Source of the DNA: an uncultured bacterium
GTDB taxonomy: Bacteria; Chloroflexota; UBA5177; JANWHV01
Direction of reading: 5' to 3'
Assembly (NCBI GenBank): GCA_963729625.1
Contig: CAVSOU010000011.1
Coordinates: 32,001-96,000 of the forward strand
DNA length: 64,000 nucleotides
The position numbers and the translations under genes were made by a program. The notes beneath the pieces were generated by a model. It was given only the letters and a program-made list of their open reading frames with translations, was not told the origin of the DNA and did not search any database. This document shows positions 10,977 through 21,334 of this stretch, piece after piece (the stretch's first letter is position 1; every line of letters starts with the position of its first letter).

Positions 10977-11618
10977 CTAGAGCGAAGCCAGCCACTCGCG
11001 GATTTCCTTGGGGTTTTCACGAAACATGAGCGATCCCGGCACGATCCAGTCGGCGCCGGCCGCCTTGAGCACCGGAACCGTCTCGCGGCGAATGCCGCCA
11101 TCCGCTTCGATCTCGGTCGTCAGGTGCCGGCTCCTCACGATCTCCTTCGCCGCGCCTATCTTCCCCGGCACTCTGGGGTCCATCGTCGCTCCCTTGATGC
11201 CCATCGCCGTGCCGCACACGGCCACGATGTCCAGGTCAGGCCAGTAAGGTTCAAGGACCGTAACAGGCTCCTGCACGAGGAGCGACACGCCCGCCCTCAG
11301 TCCGAATGACTTGATGACCTTGATCACGGTCCCCGGCTCGTCGGTGGCGTCGAAGCAAAATATCAGCGCATTCGCTCCCGCCTCCGCGAAGGGCGCGATC
11401 CACGCCAGCGGATCTGTGACCATAATGTGGACCTCGAACGGGAGCGTTGTATGTGCCCGCAATGCGCGAACGAGATCCGGAAAGAAGAGCAAACTGTTCA
11501 CGTAGTGACCATCGGCAACGTCAAAGTGGAAGCTGTCAGTATATGGTTCTACGCGTCTGATTTCATCGCCAAGCCTTGAGAGATCGGCGGACCAAAGGGA
11601 TGCAGCGCATTTCAGCAT
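10977..11618 (-). CDS. Ribulose-phosphate 3-epimerase family (Rpe/AlsE-like)
   Basis: ASLWSAD, HFDVADGHYV, EVHIMV, IEADGGI, VPGS. Confidence 0.9.
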   Translation of the reverse strand: MLKCAASLWSADLSRLGDEIRRVEPYTDSFHFDVADGHYVNSLLFFPDLVRALRAHTTLPFEVHIMVTDPLAWIAPFAEAGANALIFCFDATDEPGTVIKVIKSFGLRAGVSLLVQEPVTVLEPYWPDLDIVAVCGTAMGIKGATMDPRVPGKIGAAKEIVRSRHLTTEIEADGGIRRETVPVLKAAGADWIVPGSLMFRENPKEIREWLASL

Positions 11619-11664
11619 CGATTACTCCTCAGCTCGGACGCGCGTCCGACAGGAACATGAGCCA

Positions 11665-12490
11665 TTACCAAACGGCCTCCTCGACGGGAATGAGCGGCCG
11701 GACAAACTCATCGAGGAATCTCTGAACTTCCGCCACGTGGCGTTCTCTGCTTACCGCTTTCGGCGTCAATTCGCGAAAGGTCGCGAGCGGGATCGCGCGC
11801 GCAAGTGCCTCTCCGTACTCGAACGGATGAACGGGATCCTGCCGGCTGGCGAGCACGAGCGTTGGGACGTCGATGACAGCCAGGTCGGCAAGGCTACTGC
11901 ACGGCGCGTCCGCGGGCAATCGCTCAAGCTTGGACACCGTCTCGCTTGCTCTGGGGTGTGTGAATTGCCCAACCAAAGACGCACCGGCATCAGCGGAGAT
12001 TGCCTGCGTCTGCACATAGAGGTCCGATTGCCTGAAAAGCTCGAGCCCGTGCTCCGCGCCGTGGCGGCGAATCAGGGCAGCAATGGCGCCGTAGATCTGC
12101 GACGTTGTGCGTATTGGGACCGTCGAGCCACGCCGGGCGCGAGAGGACGAGGGCGATGACGCGATTGGGGTAGCGGAGCGCCAGGCTCAGCGCGACCGCG
12201 GCCCCTAACGACACGCCGCCGACGATCGCGCGTGGGAGGGACAGCGTATCCATCAGCGCGATCACGTCGTCGGCAAAGCACGCGATACTGAGTTTCCCGC
12301 TGTCTCCCAGCGGGCGGGTTTCGCCATGAGCGCGGAAGTCCATGGCCAGGAAGCGACACCCCGGAGGAGGCTGAAACAGTCCAAACGGCTGGCCAACGTC
12401 GCCGCCAAGCCCGTGCTGGAAAACGAACGGCAGTCCGGCGCCCTCGTCGCGGTAATGGAACGTGATGCCGTCTCGCTCGAGGAATGGCAT
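11665..12490 (-). CDS. Alpha/beta hydrolase (frameshifted near 12100)
   Basis: MPFLERDGITFHYRDEGAG, QHGLGG, DFRAHG, GVSLG nucleophile, PTLVLASRQDPVHP. Confidence 0.8.
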
Positions 12491-13365
12491 CAGCCTGTAT
12501 CCTGGCTTCTCTGTGGCGCCGGGCTGTCGAGAGACTGCGCAAGCTTCGTTCGCAGAAACGCAACGCTCTCGTCGACGTCGGCCTCTGTAAGGCCGTGCAG
12601 AATCAAGGGTCCCGAGAATCCGGTCTGGTGGAGGAGCGACAGGTAGCGGTCGTAATCGAGCAGACCGCGACCGGCCGGCTCCTGACCCGACTCGCCGTCG
12701 CGGCTCAGGTCCTTGGCATGGGCGACGACGATCTCGGCGCCAAGCAGCTCGAACGCTTCGTCCAGCACGGCCGTCATGCGCGGCAGCTCGCCGTGGTGGA
12801 AGAGGTTGGCGGGATCCATCACCACCTTGAGAAGCGGTGAACGGAGTTCGTCGAGGAGGCGCCGCGCCTTGACCGCCGAGTCGACCACATTTGTCACCTC
12901 CGGTTCGAAAGCCAGCGTGACGGAGAAGTCTTCCGCGATGCGCAGCGCCTGCTGCATCGAGTCGAGCAGATCTTGCCAGGCCTGAGGAGTATCGCTGTCC
13001 ACGTGTTTGCGCCACATGTTGTCCGGGTCGCGCGTGCCCGTGCACAGCGTGATCACGTTGGTGCCGATGCTCCGGCATGACTGCGCAATCACACGCAGCC
13101 GGGCGAGGCCGGTTTGCCGATGGCTTGCGACCGGATGGATCATGTTGAACGTGCCGGACACGGCTGCCATGCGTAGCGATCGGCGACCGACCTGAGCACC
13201 GATTTGCTCGCATGTAGCAGGTTCAAGAGAGTCGGGCATGCTGGGCATGCCGGCGCATGCGAAGTTGAACTGGATCGTGTCCAGCCCGTGCGCGACGACG
13301 GCGTCCAGCGTCGCTTCGAGACTGGGGCGCACGAAGGTCTTGGCAAAGATGCCGAGCGAATTCAT
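12490..13365 (-). CDS. Sugar phosphate isomerase/epimerase (xylose-isomerase-like TIM barrel)
   Basis: LAFEPE, VMDPAN, AHAKD, GRGLLDY. Confidence 0.9.
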   Translation of the reverse strand: MNSLGIFAKTFVRPSLEATLDAVVAHGLDTIQFNFACAGMPSMPDSLEPATCEQIGAQVGRRSLRMAAVSGTFNMIHPVASHRQTGLARLRVIAQSCRSIGTNVITLCTGTRDPDNMWRKHVDSDTPQAWQDLLDSMQQALRIAEDFSVTLAFEPEVTNVVDSAVKARRLLDELRSPLLKVVMDPANLFHHGELPRMTAVLDEAFELLGAEIVVAHAKDLSRDGESGQEPAGRGLLDYDRYLSLLHQTGFSGPLILHGLTEADVDESVAFLRTKLAQSLDSPAPQRSQDTG

Positions 13366-14438
13366 ACGCTGCCTCCTACATCGGCCAGTGAAACCGTCTT
13401 GCCGGATCTCACGGACTGGCGTATGGCAACCAGGGCCTGCATGGCCGCGACGCCATCGTCGACGGTCGCGCCGCGCTGATCCGCGCCCTGGAGTATGGCG
13501 TCGGCAAAGCCCTCAATCTGGAGCTTGTAGGTATAGGCGTCTTCCCCGAGCGGCCTGTGGAACTGCCCGTCCTTGGCGGAGAAACATTCCACGTCGCTGG
13601 CCTTGTGGAACCACGGTAAGTACGTGGTGCCGGCAACGCTGCCAAGCTCGCCGTATGCCCGGAACCCTTCCGAGAAGTCACCGCGAATGGGGATGGTCAG
13701 GTCGAGGTGGCCGAGCGCGCCGTTGCGATAATCGACGTCGATGAACCAGCAGTAGGCGCCGGACTTTAGCGCCAGGCGCGCAGATACCGCGAGGATCTCG
13801 CCGCCCAGGTATCTTGCCGTATCCACCAGATGGCTGCCATGGGTCAACAAGAAATAGCGCTCCTTGTCGGCCTTTGGATCGCCGGGAGGCCGTGTCGCAT
13901 GACTGCTCTTCTCGGGGATTGGTTGCAGGTTATCGGTCATGGCGTACCGATAGGTGGAGTCGCAATACCAGGCCTTGAGAGCCAGAAGCTCCCCCATATC
14001 CTCGGCCATGAATTGCTGCGCAAAGGCGATTCCGGGATCGAAGCGCTTGTTGTTGGCCACTTGAAACACCAGGCGCGTGTCGCGAAGCTCCGCGCGAAGG
14101 GCTTCACAGTCGTCCAGATCGACGCCCAACGGCTTCTCGACCAGCACATGCTTGCCCGCGGCGATTGCCTTACGTGCAAGTGGAACGTGGAATTGGTCGG
14201 CTGTCGCTATGATCACCGCCTCCACCTGGGGGTCGGCCAGCATCGCGTCGTACGTGCCGTACGTGACCCGTGGGTGATGAACGGCGGCCATTTGAGCTAG
14301 CAGGTCGCTCGCGGTATCACACATTGCATAGAGCTCAGCATTATGTGCCTTGCGACACGCGTCGAAATGGGCGAACTGGGCGATTGGTCCGCACCCGAGC
14401 ACGCCAATACGAAGCAGGCGATCGTCCTTTCTCATCAT
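13362..14438 (-). CDS. Gfo/Idh/MocA NAD(P)-dependent oxidoreductase
   Basis: IGVLGCGPIA, GKHVLVEKP, THGSHLVD. Confidence 0.92.
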   Translation of the reverse strand: MMRKDDRLLRIGVLGCGPIAQFAHFDACRKAHNAELYAMCDTASDLLAQMAAVHHPRVTYGTYDAMLADPQVEAVIIATADQFHVPLARKAIAAGKHVLVEKPLGVDLDDCEALRAELRDTRLVFQVANNKRFDPGIAFAQQFMAEDMGELLALKAWYCDSTYRYAMTDNLQPIPEKSSHATRPPGDPKADKERYFLLTHGSHLVDTARYLGGEILAVSARLALKSGAYCWFIDVDYRNGALGHLDLTIPIRGDFSEGFRAYGELGSVAGTTYLPWFHKASDVECFSAKDGQFHRPLGEDAYTYKLQIEGFADAILQGADQRGATVDDGVAAMQALVAIRQSVRSGKTVSLADVGGSV

Positions 14439-14535
14439 TGCCCTTTCAAATAGCGCAGGCGATGCGGACCTGCGAGCACCTGCACACCACTATGGCGCAC
14501 TGAATTGTGGTGGTCCTGCCTGACCACCACGTCGT

Positions 14536-15324
14536 TCATTGCAGGATTTCGCGGGCACTCCTCCCATCATGGATCACCGCTTTGAAGGCGCGAATCGTCT
14601 CGCCGATCCGATCGGATCCCCAGATGTTCCTGCCAATCGTGGCGCCGCGCGCTCCACACTGCACGACGGCTGCCATCATGTTCAGCGCTTCCTCGAGCGT
14701 TGGCGTGGCGGGACCGCCCGCGGCGACGAGTGGTACCGGGCAGTCGGCGACGATCTGCGCATACGCCACTGCATCGCCGCAGTAGGGCGTCTTCACGATG
14801 TCGGCGCCCGCTTCTACCGCGCAGCGCACGGCCCACGCGGTGTCTTCGGGCTCGAAGGACACGGTCGGGGTCCCGCGCATATCGCGCGCATAGATGTGGC
14901 AGATCACCGGCAAATCGAAGCGCTCGGCTGCGCGCACGCAGTCGGCCACCACGCGCAGGTGCGCGGCTTCCGTGTCGCCACGAATGAACGCGGCCACGGC
15001 CACGGCGTCCGCGGCCAGGCGCACCGCGTCTTCGGGTGTCGCGAGCTGTTCACATGCCGTGTCGTCGGCGCGTGCCGCTGTCGTCTGCAGGATCAGCGGG
15101 ATGTGCCCGGCATAGGGCAGCCAGGCCGACTTCGCAATGCCTTTGTGCATGGTGACGGCATCCGGCCGCGCTTCGACAATGGCGTCGAGCGTCCGCATGA
15201 TCTGCCGGAGACCTTTCGGCAGTCCCTCGCCATAGCCGATGAAATGGTCCACGGCAACCGAGCAGAATCGCCCCGAAGGGTGCGAGAACAGCCGGCGTAA
15301 CCGCGCTTGCTTTCCAGTCGTCAT
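14536..15324 (-). CDS. Class I aldolase, DhnA/LsrF family
   Basis: VAVDH, GADIVKTPY Schiff-base Lys, AAGG, IGRNIW. Confidence 0.9.
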   Translation of the reverse strand: MTTGKQARLRRLFSHPSGRFCSVAVDHFIGYGEGLPKGLRQIMRTLDAIVEARPDAVTMHKGIAKSAWLPYAGHIPLILQTTAARADDTACEQLATPEDAVRLAADAVAVAAFIRGDTEAAHLRVVADCVRAAERFDLPVICHIYARDMRGTPTVSFEPEDTAWAVRCAVEAGADIVKTPYCGDAVAYAQIVADCPVPLVAAGGPATPTLEEALNMMAAVVQCGARGATIGRNIWGSDRIGETIRAFKAVIHDGRSAREILQ

Positions 15325-15534
15325 ATCTCTACTCCTGCGCTGTCGCGCAACTGATGCCCGCCAACCATGCTGCGCTCTGCCGGCGGGCGTATCACAGCGC
15401 GGTTCTCGACCCGGTACGATGCCACCAACCGGTCACGCCTCGGACAAAGCGACACCCCGGCACGCGCGACCTGCCGTGTCGGGAGCCGCGCCTGTCCGAG
15501 TACGGGCATGGCGCCGCATGCAGCAATTGCCAGC

Positions 15535-15563
15535 ACAGTAACAGAAGGTACTGAAAGTGTCAA
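15535..15563 (-). promoter_or_regulatory. Sigma70 promoter for the leftward catabolic operon
   Basis: Minus strand TTGACA-17 nt-TACTGT. Confidence 0.7.
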
Positions 15564-15913
15564 GAACGGATTAGGGTGGAGAAAGAAAGGATCACGCTTG
15601 CCTTAATTTTCTGTATACGCGTTACGGTTATTCGGGCGTGACCACGCCAAATTGCTGCTTTAGGCGCGGACAAGGTACGCTGTTTGCTGGTGCCCAAACC
15701 ACGCGACGGTCTTTGATTTGCTGTGTCTCCCCGCCCGGCCGCAGCCGGCGGGCCCACGCCGAAGGTGGGGATCCTCCTTCCTGCCGCAGCAGGAGACGCC
15801 GTGCCATCAATCAAAGTCGGCGGAGGCAAGCACTGGGCTGCGCGGCGCGCCCCGCACGAAGCCGGTCCGTAACCGAAAGCCTCCGAACACGTTACGCCCA
15901 TGAAGCGAAGGTC

Positions 15914-15942
15914 TTGACAAATGCATCGCAAGCCTTTACAGT
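15914..15942 (+). promoter_or_regulatory. Sigma70 promoter for URO-D-like gene and DeoR
   Basis: TTGACA-17 nt-TACAGT, then AAGGAG RBS. Confidence 0.75.
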
Positions 15943-15973
15943 TGCGGCGTGTTAGGGCAAGGAGTCTTGCGAA

Positions 15974-17248
15974 ATGCTGACGTCACGTGAACGTGTCCAG
16001 CTTGCACTGGCGCATCAGGAGCCCGACCTGGTACCGCTCGACCTTGGCGGCACCACCTCGACCGGCATGCTGGTCAATACCGTCTACCTGCTCCGGCAAG
16101 CCCTCAAACTCGATCCCCCCGGGACACCGGTCAAGGTGACTGACACCTATCATATGTTGGGGGAAATCAAGCCGGACTTGCAGGCGGTGCTTGGCGCCGA
16201 CGTGGTGGAGCTGAGCGTGCCGGCAACGCGCTTCGGCGACACGAGCACTGGTTGGAAGGAGTGGACCGCGTTCGACGGCACTCCCACGCTCGTCCCTGCC
16301 GGCTTCAACACCAAGCGTGAGGCGGACGGCAGCATTCTCATGTACCCCGGGGGGGACCCGTCGGTCCAGCCGTCGGCGCGTATGCCGCAGGGAGGCTGGT
16401 ACTTCGACGCCATTGAGCGACAGCAGCCCATCGACGAGGAGCACCTCAGCGTCGACGACAATCTGGAAGAATACACGCTCATCTCGCAGCAAGATCTCGA
16501 CTATCTCGGCCGCGAAGCCGAGCGTTTGTCCCACACCGGCAAGGCCGTCATGGGCGCGTTCGGCGGCACAAGCTTTGGCAATGTCGTCCGTGTCGTGGGC
16601 ATGGGACTCAAGCAGCCCAAAGGCATCCGCAGCGTTGCGGAGTGGTACATCAGTCTGAGCGGGCGGCGCGAGTTTGTCTACGAGCTCTTCGACCGCCAGT
16701 GCGCGCTGTCCCTGCGGAACCTGGAGCGGATCCACCAGGCGGTGGGTGAGCGTATCGATCTCGTCTTTCTCACGGGCACCGATTTCGGGGCGCAGAACGG
16801 CCCGCTCGTGTCGCCGCGAACGTACCATGACCTGTTCCTGCCGTTTCACGCGCGGCTGAATGCATGGGTGCACGCGCATACGACGTGGAAGACGTTCATG
16901 CACTCCTGCGGCTCCGTCTGGCGCTTGCTCGACGACATTGTCGACGCCGGATTCGACGCGATCAATCCGATCCAGACTTCGGCGGCAGGCATGGATCCGG
17001 GCGCGATCAAGGCCAGGTACGGCAGCCGCGTGACCCTCTGGGGCGGTGGCGTCGATACGCAGCACACGCTGCCGTTTGGCACGCCCGAGGACATACGGGC
17101 GATGGTAAAAGAACGCATGCAGGTTTTTGGTCCTGGCGGCGGCTACGTGTTCAGCACGATTCACAACGTGCAGGCAGGCATCCCAGTCGAGAACGTGCTG
17201 GCATTGTATCGCGCGGTCAATGACTGTCGGAGATATCCGCTGGCGTAG
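15974..17248 (+). CDS. Second URO-D/MtaA-fold protein
   Basis: TSRERVQLALAHQEPDLVPLD, GTDFGAQNGP, HSCGS, LWGGGVDTQ, GGGYVFSTIHN. Confidence 0.88.
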   Translation: MLTSRERVQLALAHQEPDLVPLDLGGTTSTGMLVNTVYLLRQALKLDPPGTPVKVTDTYHMLGEIKPDLQAVLGADVVELSVPATRFGDTSTGWKEWTAFDGTPTLVPAGFNTKREADGSILMYPGGDPSVQPSARMPQGGWYFDAIERQQPIDEEHLSVDDNLEEYTLISQQDLDYLGREAERLSHTGKAVMGAFGGTSFGNVVRVVGMGLKQPKGIRSVAEWYISLSGRREFVYELFDRQCALSLRNLERIHQAVGERIDLVFLTGTDFGAQNGPLVSPRTYHDLFLPFHARLNAWVHAHTTWKTFMHSCGSVWRLLDDIVDAGFDAINPIQTSAAGMDPGAIKARYGSRVTLWGGGVDTQHTLPFGTPEDIRAMVKERMQVFGPGGGYVFSTIHNVQAGIPVENVLALYRAVNDCRRYPLA

Positions 17249-17263
17249 TGGGGGCTCAGAACG

Positions 17264-18052
17264 ATGACCACACCAGAGGCCGTCAGACCGCTCCTGACGA
17301 CGGAGCGGCGAGAGCGAATCAGCGCTCTCGTGCAACAGCGCGGCGTGGTGCGCGTGAGAGAGCTGAGCGACCTCTTCCACGTGTCCGAAGTGACGATTCG
17401 CAACGACCTCGACGCCATGGCCAACGAAGGGCGGCTGCAGCGCAACCGGGGCGGGGCCGTGGCTGTTGCCTCGCCCAGCCTGATCGTCGCGTTCGAACAG
17501 CGCGCCGGCGTGAACCTCGAAGCGAAACGCCGCATTGGCCGGGCCGCCGCCGCCCTGGTGCGGCCACACGATCGCATCATTCTGGATTCCGGCACGACAG
17601 TCATGGAGATGGCGAAGTGCCTCTACGACCACGGTCCGATCACGGTGGTCACGAATGCGCTGAACGTCGCCACGCAGGTCGGGGTTGGCCTGGACGTCGA
17701 CGTGGTGGTCGCGGGCGGGTCCCTGCACCGGGGCAACATCTGCACGTTTGGCCCGCAGGCAGAGCGCGGGCTGGCCGATGTGGTGGTGAACAAGGCCTTC
17801 CTGGGCACCTACGCACTGGACCCCGATGTGGGCCTCACCGATCTGTCCATCGAGCTTGCATCGGTCAAGCAGGCCATGACCCGCGCCGCACGTCAGGTGA
17901 TCCTGCTGGCCGACTCCAGCAAGTGGGGCACGGTCGGTTTTGCAAAGGTCCTCCCTCTCTCCGGGGTGCACACGTTCGTATCGGATACGAACCTGCCTAC
18001 CTCGGCGCGCGCCGCAATGGAACGCCTCGGCATCGAAGTGCTGCTGGTCTAG
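17264..18052 (+). CDS. DeoR/GlpR transcriptional regulator
   Basis: VSEVTIRNDL, ILDSGTT, VVTNAL, LADSSK. Confidence 0.95.
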   Translation: MTTPEAVRPLLTTERRERISALVQQRGVVRVRELSDLFHVSEVTIRNDLDAMANEGRLQRNRGGAVAVASPSLIVAFEQRAGVNLEAKRRIGRAAAALVRPHDRIILDSGTTVMEMAKCLYDHGPITVVTNALNVATQVGVGLDVDVVVAGGSLHRGNICTFGPQAERGLADVVVNKAFLGTYALDPDVGLTDLSIELASVKQAMTRAARQVILLADSSKWGTVGFAKVLPLSGVHTFVSDTNLPTSARAAMERLGIEVLLV

Positions 18053-18436
18053 TGCGCCGAGCCACGTCAGTGGGTCAAGTGCGTTGCTCATGGCCGTTGC
18101 CGTATCTGAGACTCCGGCCTATCAGGCCTCAACGTTGCCCACAAATCGCCTGCTGGAGAACGAGGCCGTAACACTTCCTCGGCGGCGCCCACAGACGCGC
18201 GAAGCAGGGCCATGCTACAATTCGGGAGCGCGCCCAAGGCTGAGCGCCGCCTCCGTGCGTCGCATGGGGGCTACGGCTAGTATTAGGGCCTGTGGGTAGG
18301 TACAAGTCTCGTGTGCCTCCGCCCGACAAGATAGGCATCGCTGATGCAGCCCACCGGTCTCTACCTGACCGGTGCGTCGTTGTACCCATGAAGTTGTTGC
18401 AAGCAGGCCCGACTTGGGACTGGGGAGGTGCCGTGT

Positions 18437-19435
18437 ATGGACAGCAGGTCGCGATCACATGGCCCTACGATGAAGTGTCAAGAGGACAATTCAGCGGGCG
18501 TGCGGGAGTTTGTGCGGCGCTCTCTTTGTCCCGCCTGTGAGTCGGATGGCGCGAAGATCCTCTATCAGTCCTCGTACGACCATGGACCCGTTTTCGACAT
18601 GCTCTCGAAATACTACTCGAGGCCATGGGAACCACAGTACCTGCGTGGGGCGACCTACTGCCTGGCGCGGTGCCGCTCCTGCCGGCTGGTGTATCAGGTT
18701 GATGTGCCGTCCGACGAGTTGTTAAGCAGAATCTATGAGCACTGGATCTCAGACGATCCGGTGAGAGATGTACGTCTCCGGTGGAGCGGTGGCGAGAATA
18801 GCTATGCGTATGACTTCCAGGAGATAACCGCCGCCATCAGCGTCCTGGGTGGGAGACCCTGGGAGATGAAATTCCTCGATTTTGGCATGGGTTGGGGTGA
18901 GTGGTGTCATCTTGCTCTCAGTTGTGGGGTTGAGGCGTTCGGATCAGAGCTGTCTTGTGCACGAATCATGCACGCCCAGCGAAAGGGAATCTGTACCGTC
19001 ACCTGGGACGAGATTCCCAGTCACGAGTTTGACATGATTAACTCCGAACAGGTATTTGAACACCTCGTGGAACCGCTCCTCGTCCTCCGTCACTTGGCCC
19101 TAGCGCTGAAGCCACACGGGCTCCTCAGGATAGCAGTACCGAATGGCGAGGATGTCGAGCGCCGACTACGCGTGGGGAACTGGACCGCGGCGCGAGGCAG
19201 TAGAAACAGCCTGCACTGCGTGCACCCGCTCGAGCACATCAACTGCTTCAGCCGACATTCACTTGTTCGGATGGCAGCGTTAGCTGGCCTGAAGCCGTTT
19301 GCCATTCCACTCAACGTTCAGTATTTCAGGAGTATGGCGTGGACATCTGGAAAGCGCATGGTTCGGAACCTTGCTCGCCCGCTGTACCGTAGCTTGCTGC
19401 ACCGGGGCACCTGCGTGTTCTTCGTGCGGTCCTAG
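18437..19435 (+). CDS. Class I SAM-dependent methyltransferase with N-terminal Zn ribbon
   Basis: CPAC...CRSC, LDFGMGWG, QVFEHL, LKPHG, HINCFS; GGAGG RBS. Confidence 0.85.
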   Translation: MDSRSRSHGPTMKCQEDNSAGVREFVRRSLCPACESDGAKILYQSSYDHGPVFDMLSKYYSRPWEPQYLRGATYCLARCRSCRLVYQVDVPSDELLSRIYEHWISDDPVRDVRLRWSGGENSYAYDFQEITAAISVLGGRPWEMKFLDFGMGWGEWCHLALSCGVEAFGSELSCARIMHAQRKGICTVTWDEIPSHEFDMINSEQVFEHLVEPLLVLRHLALALKPHGLLRIAVPNGEDVERRLRVGNWTAARGSRNSLHCVHPLEHINCFSRHSLVRMAALAGLKPFAIPLNVQYFRSMAWTSGKRMVRNLARPLYRSLLHRGTCVFFVRS

Positions 19436-19874
19436 CTCGCGGAAAGCTTGTCGTCCTTGCGCTATATGTTCACATCACCAGCGCGTCGTCCTGCAGGTGT
19501 ACCCCGTCGATACTCCGCCGGCCGTGTCCACCTGCAGCATGCTCGGTGTAAGGGAAAGGGCTGAAGCCCGGGGCGTCGTCACCAAGCGCCGGTCATCACG
19601 ACCCAGGCTCGCAGTTCACCGTTCTGGCTGCATCCGCAGCTCGTGGCGAAACGTGGGTAAAGATAAGGCCTTCAGGCCCGGGTACCCGCTCGCTCTCAAG
19701 GGTCGGTATCGCATCGGAATGGGTGGATCCTCTGGGAAACCTACCCCTGTGAGGTACCCGCTCGGGGGTGCGGAGCACACGGGAGCGGGTCGTACCCTCA
19801 CCTGCTCGCCCCGGGGCACCTGCGTGCGCGTCGTCGGTCGCGCCTCCAGGCTGCCCCTGGTGGCAACCTCTCGG

Positions 19875-20663
19875 CTATTCGACGCCGCGCAGGACGGCAG
19901 CAGGGTCGATGCCGCGCAGCATCATGCCCTGGCCGCGTGACAAATGTGTCTGTATCGTGGGCGGATCGAGCGGGTCGCGCATCTGAACCAGCACGGTGGT
20001 TCGCGCCTCGGAGCTGACGTTGATGCCGGAACCGTGAATGGTAAGGTAGCTGAAGAACAGCACGTCGCCTGCCTTCGCCGGGCAAGGGACCGCCAGGGTC
20101 AGTGGGTACCTATCCAGCGGCAGGTGCCAGTTTCCCTCCGGAATGTGCTCCAGTGGCCCCAGCTTATGACTGCCCGGCACCATGCACACGCAGCCCTTCT
20201 CCACCGGCGCATCGTCGAAATGGACTATCGCCGCGATCATGCTGTGTCGCTCGTGCGGGAAGAAGGGGTGGTCCTGATGCAGCGGAAAGGGTGACCCCTT
20301 TTCGGGTGGCTTGATGAACATCTTGGTGTGGTGCAGTTGCACGTTCGGACTGCCGATCAGCGCCGCGGCGACGCCGGTCAGCCGCTCGTCTACGATCAGC
20401 CGGCTGAACGCGGCCGAGTAGAACTGCACATTATGGCAGCCGAGCAGCATCGTGGTGCCCTGGCCGCCGCCTGCTGCTTGAGCGCTTTGCCAGGTACTCT
20501 CCAGCGACGCATTTGCCGAGAGTCGCCGTGCCAGGTCGTGGCACTCCCCGCGATACGTCTCGGCTTCCCCACGTGTGAGGAGTCCCTCCACCAGCACGTA
20601 GCCGTTCTCGCGATAGAACGTGCTCTGGTCCGTGCTCAGGGCAGACTGTGCCGTCATCACCAT
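19875..20663 (-). CDS. Phytanoyl-CoA dioxygenase (PhyH) family Fe(II)/2OG enzyme
   Basis: FYRENGY, KPP, HQD, VPGSHK, AGDVLFF, IHGS, R. Confidence 0.92.
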   Translation of the reverse strand: MVMTAQSALSTDQSTFYRENGYVLVEGLLTRGEAETYRGECHDLARRLSANASLESTWQSAQAAGGGQGTTMLLGCHNVQFYSAAFSRLIVDERLTGVAAALIGSPNVQLHHTKMFIKPPEKGSPFPLHQDHPFFPHERHSMIAAIVHFDDAPVEKGCVCMVPGSHKLGPLEHIPEGNWHLPLDRYPLTLAVPCPAKAGDVLFFSYLTIHGSGINVSSEARTTVLVQMRDPLDPPTIQTHLSRGQGMMLRGIDPAAVLRGVE

Positions 20664-21014
20664 CGGTCGCTCCTTCACTCCAAGGCATGTAGGTACTCTG
20701 CGTTCGCAGCCGCTATCTCATTTATACGTTACTCACGAATATTCTGAAGACCGCGGCTTGGCGATGTAGTGAGCCCCCCTCTCCGCCGTACAGGCCAAGC
20801 CCGCAGCACCGCCTCCGACAAGGTGCGTTGACCGTATCACATTGCCGGAATTCGGTTGTGATACGCGGTCGACAAACCCGGCGTTCACTTCGATACGGGC
20901 GAGAGACGCCATGGCTTGTCTTTGCACGGAAGGCAAACGCCTGGTTTGAGCGCACAGGAAGGAAATGGAAAGCAATCGCAATCCAGAAGATGATATTTCG
21001 GCAGTCTCAGATAG

Positions 21015-21043
21015 TTGACTCCTTCAAATACTTGTGTTATTGT
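21015..21043 (+). promoter_or_regulatory. Candidate sigma70 promoter with extended -10
   Basis: TTGACT-17 nt-TATTGT preceded by TGn. Confidence 0.55.
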
Positions 21044-21334
21044 TCCGCCATCAGGTGCTGCTGAGGAGCAAACCCTGTGGGAGTAGAGACTGCATCGCGA
21101 CCCGATCTGTGGTTGGAAAGGAGGTAGTGGTTCCTCGCCCGGCGGCTCGGATGCACCATTGCCGTGCGCAGCGGACCTTGACCGTCGGGCGCCTTAACGC
21201 ACTATGCGGGGTAGGGGTGACCGGTTACGGGTGCCTGGGTTGATGGGGCGGACGAGGCGGATACTGACACAGCGCGGCGCTGCGCGGCTGCGAATTCATC
21301 AAAGAGCATGACACTCTGTGTGAAGGAGTTGGCC

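Noticed and set aside
15983-18091. 702-aa minus-strand ORF
   Set aside because: Antisense to two well-supported genes (URO-D-like and DeoR).
21117-21243. Leader peptide after a perfect AAAGGAGGT
   Set aside because: The only candidate start (GTG 21127) is one base from the SD, and the peptide has no features.
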